From the NCBI GenBank assembly GCA_913043225.1, contig CAJWLU010000006.1:64001-128000 (forward strand): a stretch of DNA of 64,000 nucleotides, in the 5' to 3' direction. Made by a program: the position numbers and the translations under genes. Position 1 is the first letter of the stretch. The number at the start of each line of letters is the position of its first letter. The stretch comes from an uncultured Acidobacteriota bacterium. Lineage in GTDB: Bacteria > Acidobacteriota > Vicinamibacteria > Vicinamibacterales > UBA8438. The notes beneath the pieces are model-generated. The model ran no database searches, was not told where the DNA came from, and worked only from the letters and a program-made list of their open reading frames with translations. Shown piece by piece: positions 20,430 through 29,012 of this stretch.

Positions 20430-21374
20430 ATGGCCATGCGAAGCCTTGCTGCTGTTCTCCTAGTCGGTGCGCTCGGCGTGACCTCTTGCGGTGGGTTTGT
20501 TCCGGAAGAGGTTGATAGCCTGCCAGAGGCGGCGGTCCCGGCTCGTCCGATGTTGCCGAGTGGTGAGGCGCTTCCCGCGCACTACGGGTCGGTGGGCGAT
20601 CTGGCCGAACGGGGCGAGTTCTACGCTTCGGGTGGCGAAACCGAGCTGCGCGAGCACGACGGTAGTCACTACCATGGGTACGACGGCCCGCTTGTGTGGG
20701 CGGATGAGGGACCAGGGAGCGGGTCGCAGGGCCTGGTTTACGGTGTGGAAGACGGCGTCGTGGTCTCGGCGGGCTACCTCCTGGCGCAGGATGATCTAGC
20801 CGCGGGACGCAGCTTCCACGGCATGACCCTGCGCGAGATGGACCTGCCAGCTGTGCGGTCGATGACTGTCGACCTGATTCCGGGCGACGGCTCAGCCGGC
20901 GGGCACTATCTGTTTTTGTGGCATTTTGCCGACAGCCCAGCTGGGGCACTCGACGTTGGGCAGCTTCCACCCCGTGGCGAGCTGTCAGATGGCTACACCG
21001 TGATTGCGTGCGATCACGTGCCAGATACCAGGTTCTGTCCCGGCATGGGCCGGCACTACACCGATCTCTCGGTGACTACCGGAGGGCCGGCGTTCAGCCG
21101 TCAACCGTCCGACACGGGGACGGCCGGCGTAATCTTCGGCGAGGCGGCCGAGAAGCTGATCTTCATCGAGTACGTGTTTGGTCAGGCGGATCTCATCCAG
21201 GGCATGTCGTGGCCGGCCATTCCGCTCGACGACCTATCGATCCCGCCAATCGATAATATCCATGTTCTGCATTTTGGCACGGACGATTCAAGAGAAGGTC
21301 GCTATACGGTGCACATGTACTTTCTGCCCGAAGAGGTGTACCTCGCCTGGGACACCGAGCCGGAGACCCTTTAG
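20430..21374 (+). CDS. Hypothetical lipoprotein with an internally duplicated domain
   Basis: Lipobox VTSC; two homologous halves (GLVYG..VVSAGY.LAQDDL..G.SF / GVIFG..LIFIEYVFGQADL..G.SW) each ending in a Y-x-x-x-x-x-F motif. Confidence 0.7.
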   Translation: MAMRSLAAVLLVGALGVTSCGGFVPEEVDSLPEAAVPARPMLPSGEALPAHYGSVGDLAERGEFYASGGETELREHDGSHYHGYDGPLVWADEGPGSGSQGLVYGVEDGVVVSAGYLLAQDDLAAGRSFHGMTLREMDLPAVRSMTVDLIPGDGSAGGHYLFLWHFADSPAGALDVGQLPPRGELSDGYTVIACDHVPDTRFCPGMGRHYTDLSVTTGGPAFSRQPSDTGTAGVIFGEAAEKLIFIEYVFGQADLIQGMSWPAIPLDDLSIPPIDNIHVLHFGTDDSREGRYTVHMYFLPEEVYLAWDTEPETL

Positions 21375-21469
21375 TGCACCGGCTTCTCCGCATATAATGT
21401 CGCCCTGAGATGCGTCAACTTGTTGCTCGCAGCGGGTCTTCCGACTGCGACCATCATACGGAGGTCGAG

Positions 21470-22663
21470 ATGACCGGTTCATCGATTGGCCGTCTGTCAT
21501 TGACTGCCCTGGCTGGCGTGTTCATCGCCGTGTCGGCGAGTGCACAGGCAGTGAAGAAGCTCGACTCGTACGACGGCGTCGAAGTGCGACTGCTGCAAAG
21601 CAACAATGCAGGCACCGTCCAGCACATTATCGACCCCGAGATCAACGAGGTGGTCGGCATCATTCACGGCTGTCCGAATCCGCACAACGTCACGCTAGGC
21701 CCTGACAGCAAGCACTACTACTGCGCGAACGAACTCGAAGAGACGGTCGACGTGTTCGATACGAAGACCCTCGACCTGGTCACCCAGATTCCGCTGTCGG
21801 CACGGCCGAACAAGGTGGCGATCAATAAGAGGCATCGGAAGGCCTATGTGGCCATCGCCCGACGCTCGGCGAATCCTGGCCCCGGTGTCACGGTGGACCC
21901 GAACGGCCGCTTTCCATCGTTGGTGGACGTGATCGACATCGACACCCACGCGCTGGTCAAAAGCATCGAAGTGTTCAGCGTCGTCCACAACGTGTTCGTC
22001 ACGCCCGATGAGAATCACGTGGTGGCAGGCCTTCGGGGTTCGGTGGAGTCCGGGCAGCCCACTATTCAGGTAATCGACCCAGTCACCGACACTGTGGTGC
22101 GCGGTCTTGAGCTGACCGGCTACGAGCAGTACGGCCGAACGCATCACGAGGTGCGGCCGATGGCATTCCTCGCCAACGAGGACGGCTCGACCAAGTGGCT
22201 GTTCGCGCAGGCGACCGCCATCAATCGAATCTGGGTACTCGACTGGGAGACCGGCGAGAATGTCGACTTCCTGGTCCCGCCCGCGCTGCCGCTGTGGGAG
22301 AAGAACGCCGACGGCATCCAGACCGGTGACATGCACGGACTCGAGGTGCTGCCGGACAAGTCGGCTGTCTGGGCCTCGAGCCGGCTCGACAGTCGGATCT
22401 ATGGGTGGAGCTTGCCCGACTTGAGCTTCATCGGGAGCGTGATCGTGGGACCGAGTGCAAACTGGATGACGGCCACACCAGACAGCAAGTACATGTATGT
22501 GGCGGTGTCGGGCGCAGACCACACACTCGCCATCGACCTCGCGAAGCAGCAGATCGTTGGCAAGATCAAGGCTGGCGCGCGTCCCGCACGAATCGCTACA
22601 GCAGTACTGCCGCCGGATCGGGTGAACCCCCGCGGCACGGGCATGGCGGAGGAGAACGAATGA
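21470..22663 (+). CDS. YncE/YVTN-type beta-propeller protein, exported
   Basis: GGAGG RBS; signal peptide; repeated blades (PHNVTLGPD, HNVFVTPD, HGLEVLPD, NWMTATPD). Confidence 0.82.
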   Translation: MTGSSIGRLSLTALAGVFIAVSASAQAVKKLDSYDGVEVRLLQSNNAGTVQHIIDPEINEVVGIIHGCPNPHNVTLGPDSKHYYCANELEETVDVFDTKTLDLVTQIPLSARPNKVAINKRHRKAYVAIARRSANPGPGVTVDPNGRFPSLVDVIDIDTHALVKSIEVFSVVHNVFVTPDENHVVAGLRGSVESGQPTIQVIDPVTDTVVRGLELTGYEQYGRTHHEVRPMAFLANEDGSTKWLFAQATAINRIWVLDWETGENVDFLVPPALPLWEKNADGIQTGDMHGLEVLPDKSAVWASSRLDSRIYGWSLPDLSFIGSVIVGPSANWMTATPDSKYMYVAVSGADHTLAIDLAKQQIVGKIKAGARPARIATAVLPPDRVNPRGTGMAEENE

Positions 22664-23517
22664 CGACCCGGCGGGCGGCACACTCCGTGACACGGGCCGG
22701 ACTTGGTCTTGCGCTCGGGATGGCAGCGGTGGGAGCCAGCCTCGTCGCGCGGCCGGCCGGGGCCCAGAACTTTCCGGTCTCCGGTGATGTAGACACCTAC
22801 CGCGAGACGATAGAGGCTGTCTTCCTTGAGGACCGGGGCGGCACGACTGGGCGCTTTGCGTCGTGTGTGATGTGCCACACGTGGCAGACGAGTGTTCGCT
22901 TCAGTCTGGAGACACCGGAGAGCGCTGAGGGTTGGAGCAGCGAGCAGTCGCGGCGCAATCTTGACGTGGTCGGCCAGCTGATTAACACGCAGGATCCGGC
23001 GAGCAGCCGGTTGCTTCTGAAGCCGCTCGCGAACGATGCGGGCGGTCTGCCGCACACGGGAGGCACGTTCTGGGAGTCGACCGACGACCCGGAGTATGGA
23101 CGGGTGCTTCAGTGGATCCAGAGCCTGCCGGATAATCAGTTTGTCCCCGAACCGGAGCCGGAACTCGACTTCGAATTCTTCCGCGCCTGTGTGCAGCAGG
23201 TATTCGCGAACCCGCGTGATGGCCAGTTGCCGTGTAGCCGATGCCACTCTGGCGGTCTTATCGGATTCGCGCCGGCGCCCGGACGTGGCGATACCTGGAC
23301 TGAAGAGGAGGCACGGCGTGCCTACCAATTGATCACCCGCGTGATCACGCCGGGCAACCCGGAGCAGAGTCGGTTCATGATCAAGCCGCTCCATCCTGAC
23401 GGCGGTGGCGCCTACACCCATAACGGGCCGCGGCGGTGGCAGAGTCAGGCCGACGCGGAATGGCAGATGCTGGCTAGCTGGGTGCGTGGCGAACGCTCCG
23501 GGTCAAGCTGTTCGTAG
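22660..23517 (+). CDS. Exported diheme c-type cytochrome with two tandem homologous domains
   Basis: ATGA overlap with upstream gene; signal peptide; CVMCH and CSRCH, each followed by P..SR...KPL....GG..H.G. Confidence 0.85.
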   Translation: MTTRRAAHSVTRAGLGLALGMAAVGASLVARPAGAQNFPVSGDVDTYRETIEAVFLEDRGGTTGRFASCVMCHTWQTSVRFSLETPESAEGWSSEQSRRNLDVVGQLINTQDPASSRLLLKPLANDAGGLPHTGGTFWESTDDPEYGRVLQWIQSLPDNQFVPEPEPELDFEFFRACVQQVFANPRDGQLPCSRCHSGGLIGFAPAPGRGDTWTEEEARRAYQLITRVITPGNPEQSRFMIKPLHPDGGGAYTHNGPRRWQSQADAEWQMLASWVRGERSGSSCS

Positions 23518-23562
23518 AGAGGGCACACTCGGTATCGGGCAGGCCTGGCAGCTGTATTTGAG

Positions 23563-23600
23563 AAGGGGTTGCGTCCCGAGGAGGGCGCAGCCCCTTTTTT
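23563..23600 (+). terminator. Rho-independent terminator
   Basis: AAGGGGTTGCGTCC / GGGCGCAGCCCCTT stem (two G-U pairs) followed by a T run, downstream of the cytochrome gene. Confidence 0.8.
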
Positions 23601-23720
23601 GTGTCTGTCATGTGCCGGGCCGCGAATTCATGAGTCCTTCTGTGGCTGCTCAGTCTGGGTAACTCGTTGCGGTGCCCGGTATGATCTGCCGTATCGGTAC
23701 TTCCTCCGACGGAGGTCGCA

Positions 23721-24881
23721 ATGGAATGGGTGCGGGTGGTAGCCCTGGCGGCGTGCACTCTGGTCGGTCAGACGGCGGTCGCCGGACAGCTTCCAGACGA
23801 CGCGCATCCCGTGTCGCGGAACCGGTTGCCACCCCTCGAGCGGCAGGACCTCGACCCGAGCCGACACGAAGCGTTTGATGCGGTCATGCGTGCCGAGGGC
23901 CCGTCGGCGTCGGCTGCGCTTCGACTGCACGGCTCGGGGACCGATCTCCGATTCTCGGGTCCGCTCGGCCGGCCGCTGACCGAGGTGGCCATTCTGATCA
24001 CGGCGCGCGAGATCGATCAGCTCTACGAGTGGGCGATGCACGAGCTGGACGGGCTGGCGGTGGGTGTGGACGAGGTGCTGATCGACATCATTCGGCACCG
24101 CGAGCCGCTCGACGGTGTGGGCGGGTCCGAGGCGGTCATCATGGAGGTGGGCCGGGAGCTGCTCTCGACCCATACCCTGAGCGCCGACACCTACGCGCGG
24201 GCCCTGGCTCGCCTGGGGCAGACCAACCTGGTCGACCTGATCGTGCTCATCGGCAACTACGTATCGACCGGTGCCACGCTGACCGCGTTCAACCAGCAGA
24301 TGCCGATGGGGTGGCGGCAGTCGCTCCCGTTGCCGTTCGCGCTGCCTGATGACATTCACGCTGATTCACGGAACCGGCTACCGCTCAGGCCGGGGCCCTA
24401 CCGCACGTCGGTGAATGCGCTCTACGGACGGATGGCATCACCGGGCGGGATCGGCCCGGGGCAGATCCGCGCGTACGGCGAGGGGCGGGGGACGCTGGAG
24501 GATCGCGTCGGGCGGCGGACGATGATGCTGGCGATTCTGGCCACGGCCCGGGCGCACGACTCGCAATACGACTGGACGATGCACGAACCGCTGGCGCGTG
24601 AGGCGGGGGTAGAGCCTACTCTGATCGAGGCCATGCGCCTGGGTGAACGGCCTGCAGGCCTGGCCGAGGCTGACGACGCGCTGCTGGCGTTCGCCGAAGA
24701 GCTCTTCGACGACAACAACGTCTCGGCCGAGACGTATCGGCGGATGGAGACGGCCCTGGGCGTGCCCGACCTTGTCGACCTGGTCGCCCTGATGGGCGCC
24801 CATGCCGCCGACGCCGCGGTGCTTGCGGCGTTCGATCAACGGCTTCCGGAGGGCGTTGAACCGCGCCTGCCGACTCCGTAG
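23721..24881 (+). CDS. Carboxymuconolactone decarboxylase/AhpD-like protein, duplicated domain, with signal peptide
   Basis: GGAGG RBS; two repeats of SRNRLP...AIL.TAR..D..Y(E/D)W.MHE......GV...LVDL..L.G. Confidence 0.82.
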   Translation: MEWVRVVALAACTLVGQTAVAGQLPDDAHPVSRNRLPPLERQDLDPSRHEAFDAVMRAEGPSASAALRLHGSGTDLRFSGPLGRPLTEVAILITAREIDQLYEWAMHELDGLAVGVDEVLIDIIRHREPLDGVGGSEAVIMEVGRELLSTHTLSADTYARALARLGQTNLVDLIVLIGNYVSTGATLTAFNQQMPMGWRQSLPLPFALPDDIHADSRNRLPLRPGPYRTSVNALYGRMASPGGIGPGQIRAYGEGRGTLEDRVGRRTMMLAILATARAHDSQYDWTMHEPLAREAGVEPTLIEAMRLGERPAGLAEADDALLAFAEELFDDNNVSAETYRRMETALGVPDLVDLVALMGAHAADAAVLAAFDQRLPEGVEPRLPTP

Positions 24882-25150
24882 CTTTCCAACGCTCCTGCAA
24901 CAGAGCTCGCCTGAGGGTGTATCGGGGCAACGTCCTCCCGTTCGAGCAGCCGTAGTTTCTTGGTGATCCGCTCGTGTGGACGACGTTGTATCGTCGGTCA
25001 CAGCCCACCTAGCTGCTCCCGCCTCGCCAAGAAGCTGCCTCCTGGCCCTTCATGCTGGCTCCTCTTTGGCAGTCCGCTCTCGGGCTGCCCGGTATAATCG
25101 GCAAGCCCAGAAGGGTGCCGTATCTTCCAGATTCTGAGAGAGGTGGAGCA

Positions 25151-26089
25151 ATGACCCGTGTCATCGCCAGCGCCGTGGCGTTCAGTCTCGTGCTGCTGGG
25201 ATTCGCTGGAGCGAGCGCAGCGCAGGACGGCCCGCGCCTGAACAAGGTGATCGAGCTGTTCGAGAGCGACGAAGCCGCGTTCGGCATCCTCTCATTCGAC
25301 TACTCGCTCAACAACGCCCGCGCAATGGCGACCTCGGGGCTCGACTTTGTCTTCATCGACATGGAGCATGCGCCGTTCGACGTAGAGCGCCTGCGGCTGT
25401 TTCTCCTGGGGATGACCAACAAGCGCTCGATCCAGCAGAAGGGCAACCTTCAGCCGGACGTGATGCCGTTTGTCCGGATTCCGGCGGCCGGGGGGGCCGA
25501 GGAGCTGGTGGCGCAAGTCAAGCAGGTGCTCGACGTCGGGGTGTATGGAGTGTTCTTCCCGGCGGTTCATACGCGAGAGGACGCGCTGCTCGCGGTGCGG
25601 GCGACTCGGTATCCTCAGTACAACGACGCGCCCGACTACGAACCGGCGGGGTTGCGCGGCAGGAATCCGTCGAACGCCGCATGGTACTGGGGTGCCGGCG
25701 ACTATCACGCGAAGGCGGATGTATGGCCCCTCGACCCGCAGGGTGAGCTGCTGGCGATGATGTTCATCGAGTCGGCGGAGGGTGTCGAGAACATCGATGA
25801 GATCGTCACCGTGCCTGGCCTGGGCGGGATCTTCATCGGTCCGTCGGACCTGAGTACCTCGATGGGTTACACGAATGCAGCGGCGCCCGAGGTCGAGGCG
25901 GCCATCCAGCGTGTGCTCCAGGCCTGCCTGGACAACGATGTGCCGTGCGCGATCACAACCGGAGCGGGTTCGGTCGAACAGCGGATCAACGAGGGCTTCC
26001 GGTTTGTCACCGTCGGTGCGGACGGTGGTCTGAACACGGGCGCCAGCACCGCCTTGCAGCGTGGTCGGGAGGCCGCCGGGCGCGACTAG
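25151..26089 (+). CDS. HpcH/HpaI aldolase/citrate lyase family protein with signal peptide
   Basis: DFVFIDMEHAP, FVRIP, VLDVGVYGV, IESAEGVENIDEI, IFIGPSDLS; N-terminal signal ending ASAAQ. Confidence 0.88.
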   Translation: MTRVIASAVAFSLVLLGFAGASAAQDGPRLNKVIELFESDEAAFGILSFDYSLNNARAMATSGLDFVFIDMEHAPFDVERLRLFLLGMTNKRSIQQKGNLQPDVMPFVRIPAAGGAEELVAQVKQVLDVGVYGVFFPAVHTREDALLAVRATRYPQYNDAPDYEPAGLRGRNPSNAAWYWGAGDYHAKADVWPLDPQGELLAMMFIESAEGVENIDEIVTVPGLGGIFIGPSDLSTSMGYTNAAAPEVEAAIQRVLQACLDNDVPCAITTGAGSVEQRINEGFRFVTVGADGGLNTGASTALQRGREAAGRD

Positions 26090-26105
26090 GCCGGTTGACC
26101 GGACG

Positions 26106-26487
26106 ATGAGGACGAAGAAGAGAGGCCCGAACCGGCGCGATTTCTTGAAGACCTCGGTGGCGGCCGGGCTGGGCTCTGGCGCTATGGCCGGGGCGTGCGC
26201 ACCGGTGGCGGAGACGGCGCACAGGAGGTCGTCTGGGACTATGAGGCCGAACACCACCGCTGGCCCGGGCTCGCTTCGACCGGGAGTGGGAAGGACGGTC
26301 GCTGGGTGCGTTGTCTACCTACACTCAGACCAGGATGCCCGAAGAAAACCCCGAGTCGCTCGCCGACCAGGAGGTGGCCGACGTCATCGCCTACATGCTG
26401 TCGGTGGGTGGCAAGCCGACGGGAAGCGAGGAGCTTCCGGCCGACGCCGCTAGCCTGAGCGGCATCGTGTTCGCGACGAAGCCGTAG
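26106..26487 (+). pseudogene. Chimeric remnant: Tat-signal N-terminal fragment joined to the C-terminal half of a class I cytochrome c
   Basis: One frame gives NRRDFLKTSVAAGLG; a second gives EVVWDYEA; a third gives PPLARARFDREWEGRSLGALSTYTQTRMPEENPESLADQEVADVIAYML...FATKP*, with no CxxCH. Confidence 0.7.
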
Positions 26488-26496
26488 CTCGCCGAG

Positions 26497-27768
26497 CTAC
26501 CCGAGTCCACCCAGGAACTCGAGCAACAGCTCGCTCGTCACCTCGGCCTGCTCCTGCTGGACCCAGTGACCGGCGCCATCGACCAGATGGACCGCCCGCA
26601 TGTCCGTACAGTTCCGCTCCTGCATCCGCTCGAACGCTCCTGGGCTCTGGTAGGTACCCCAGTCTGAGGCGCCGCTGATGAACATCGACGGCTGGTCGAT
26701 GGTCCGCCCCGCATAGAGCTCGACCTCTTCACGGCCGACCCGGTTGCTGCCCATCCGGTAGCCGTTGAGCCCACCCTGGAACCCGGTCCGCCCGTATTCC
26801 TCGGCGTAGACTGCCAGGGCCGTTTCGGGCAGCCAGGTGTTGGCCGCGATGTGGGCGGCCGAGGGCATCTCGTTGGCCACCGTTTCGGCCATTCCCTGGT
26901 CGAGCTGCATGATGTAGTAGTTGGGCATCTTGGCCCACTCGCTCGCGGTGCGGGCGGCGAGTCGATACGGCTTGTTGTCTTCCCAGTCGGCGCTCTTGAA
27001 GTGGTAGTAGCCGCGCATGAACGCGTGCACGCCCTGCGGCGCCCGCCACATGTTGTCGTTGGCTCCGCGTGTCGTGTAGTAGCGCTGATAGTGCTTCCGG
27101 GGCTGCGGCAAGGCGGCGAGGTCGTCGTAGATGCTCGAGCCACGCGCGCCGCCATCCTCGCGGGGCGGATCGTCGGCGGTGTCGAACGGCAGCGAAGGCG
27201 TGCCCCCAGTGGGCGCGCTCATCATCACGACGGCCGGGAAGACGTCTGGACGGGCGATGCCGCACCAGGCCGCCAGCGGCGAGCCGGCGTCGTGGCCGAT
27301 CACGGCAGCCAGGGAGCGGTGGCCGAACGCTAGCACCACGCCGAGCGCGTCGCGCACCTTGTTCAGCGTGCGAAAGGGCGCCAGGTCGGTGTCGTAGTCG
27401 GGGCTCCACCCCGTAGTGCGGCCATAGCCGCGCACGTCGGGCACCATGACGTGGTAGCCGGCCTCAGCGAGCGGGACCATCACGTTCCGCCAGCTGTAGG
27501 CCAGTTCGGGAAAGCCGTGGAGGAGGAGCAGTCCGGGCTGGTCTCGATTGCCGGCTTCGAGCACGTGCACCCGCAAACCGTTGACGTTCTCGACGAAGCG
27601 TGACCGCACGCCGTCGGGCAGCCAGGACGAGGGATAGGGATCCAGGCGTACGCCTGGCCCGGTAGGCTGGGCGCCCGCTTCCCTGACCGCCAGGCCGGAG
27701 CCGAGGCTGGCCAGCGCGACGCCGGCGGACGACAGCTTCATTAGTTCGCGTCGTGAGAATTCGCTCAT
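26497..27768 (-). CDS. Alpha/beta hydrolase, epoxide hydrolase-like, with Tat signal
   Basis: SRRELMK; LLLHGFPELAYSWR, PDVRGYGRT, IGHDAGS, AGHWVQQE. Confidence 0.9.
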   Translation of the reverse strand: MSEFSRRELMKLSSAGVALASLGSGLAVREAGAQPTGPGVRLDPYPSSWLPDGVRSRFVENVNGLRVHVLEAGNRDQPGLLLLHGFPELAYSWRNVMVPLAEAGYHVMVPDVRGYGRTTGWSPDYDTDLAPFRTLNKVRDALGVVLAFGHRSLAAVIGHDAGSPLAAWCGIARPDVFPAVVMMSAPTGGTPSLPFDTADDPPREDGGARGSSIYDDLAALPQPRKHYQRYYTTRGANDNMWRAPQGVHAFMRGYYHFKSADWEDNKPYRLAARTASEWAKMPNYYIMQLDQGMAETVANEMPSAAHIAANTWLPETALAVYAEEYGRTGFQGGLNGYRMGSNRVGREEVELYAGRTIDQPSMFISGASDWGTYQSPGAFERMQERNCTDMRAVHLVDGAGHWVQQEQAEVTSELLLEFLGGLG

Positions 27769-27778
27769 GGCAGTGCCT

Positions 27779-29002
27779 CTATGGCGCGGGCTCGATTCTG
27801 AGCACCGCGCCGTCCTGCATGTCGGTGGTGAGATAGAGGTAGCCGTCCGGGCCCTGCTTGACGTCACGGATCCGTTGACCGAGGGTGGCGAACAGCGTTT
27901 CTCGGCGGCGCTCCAGGTTGTTGGCGTTGAACTGGATGCGAGAAACCTGCCGTCCGATCAGGCCTCCCACAAACAGGTCGCCGGTCCACTCGGGAAACTG
28001 GTCGCCGGTATAGAAGGCCATGCCGGCGATGGCGATCGACGGGGTGTAGTAGAGAAACGGCTCCTCCATCCCCGGCGCCGACGTGGGTGGCTGCACCGTA
28101 GGGGGCGGGAGACCCGAGCGCGCCCCTTCCGGATCGCTCGAATACGCTCGCCCGTAGGTCACGACCGGCCAGCCATAGTTCAGGCCCGGTCGGATGACGT
28201 TGACCTCGTCGCCACCCTGAGGGCCGTTCTCTGTCTCCCACAACTGCCCGGTCTCAGGGTGGAAGGCCATGCCGATGGCGTTTCGGATGCCCAGGACGTA
28301 GAGCTCTGGCAGATGGCCAGGTTCGTTCAAGAACGGGTTGTCGTCGGGAATCGACCCGTCGTCGTTCAGGCGAAGGAGTTTCCCGCCGTGGTGCTGCGGG
28401 TCCTGCGCCCAGCCGGTCTCGCCGGCCACGGTGCCGAACCCCGGGGCGCCGATCGCCACGAACAGCTTGTCGTCGGGGCCGAAGATGGCGCGGATGGCTG
28501 ATGGTCCGTCGGTCCAGGACACGGACTCGAAGATCTGCTCGGTGTCGACCAGCCGATGCCCGTCGAGCCGCCCGCGGTGGATCACGGCCGTCTGGACCCT
28601 TGGGTCATCCGGCTTCGGCGTCCAGAAGCTGACGTAGACCAGGCCGTTGTCCTCGAAGCGTGGATGGACCGTGACATCGACGCCAGCGGTGTCCCGTCGT
28701 TGGCTGGTGATGGGCGCCGGGAGGCCGATGATGGGGGTGGGGTCGAGCGCGTCGTTGCTGATACGACGGAGCGCCGACGTATTCTGCTCGGTCACCAGCA
28801 GGTCGCCATCAGGCAGGAAAGCGAGCGCCCAGGGATAGGTGAGGCCCTTGATCGGAACGACCCGCACCGGGCCGGTCTGGGTCGCCACTATCTGCGGTTC
28901 GTCAGGGAGCGCCGGTTGCGCCAGGACGGAGGCGGCGAGAAGGAGTCCGCCGAACGACACGGCGGTCACGATGACGGTGCGAAGTCGGGACTGGGTGGCC
29001 AT
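27779..29002 (-). CDS. PQQ-dependent sugar dehydrogenase (GSDH/YliI-like, 6-bladed), exported
   Basis: PWALAFLPDG, HPRF..N.LVY, GKLLRLNDDGSIPDDNPF, GIRN, ENGPQGGDEVN, NYGWP, RIRDVKQGPDG. Confidence 0.92.
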   Translation of the reverse strand: MATQSRLRTVIVTAVSFGGLLLAASVLAQPALPDEPQIVATQTGPVRVVPIKGLTYPWALAFLPDGDLLVTEQNTSALRRISNDALDPTPIIGLPAPITSQRRDTAGVDVTVHPRFEDNGLVYVSFWTPKPDDPRVQTAVIHRGRLDGHRLVDTEQIFESVSWTDGPSAIRAIFGPDDKLFVAIGAPGFGTVAGETGWAQDPQHHGGKLLRLNDDGSIPDDNPFLNEPGHLPELYVLGIRNAIGMAFHPETGQLWETENGPQGGDEVNVIRPGLNYGWPVVTYGRAYSSDPEGARSGLPPPTVQPPTSAPGMEEPFLYYTPSIAIAGMAFYTGDQFPEWTGDLFVGGLIGRQVSRIQFNANNLERRRETLFATLGQRIRDVKQGPDGYLYLTTDMQDGAVLRIEPAP

Positions 29003-29012
29003 ATGCTCCTCG

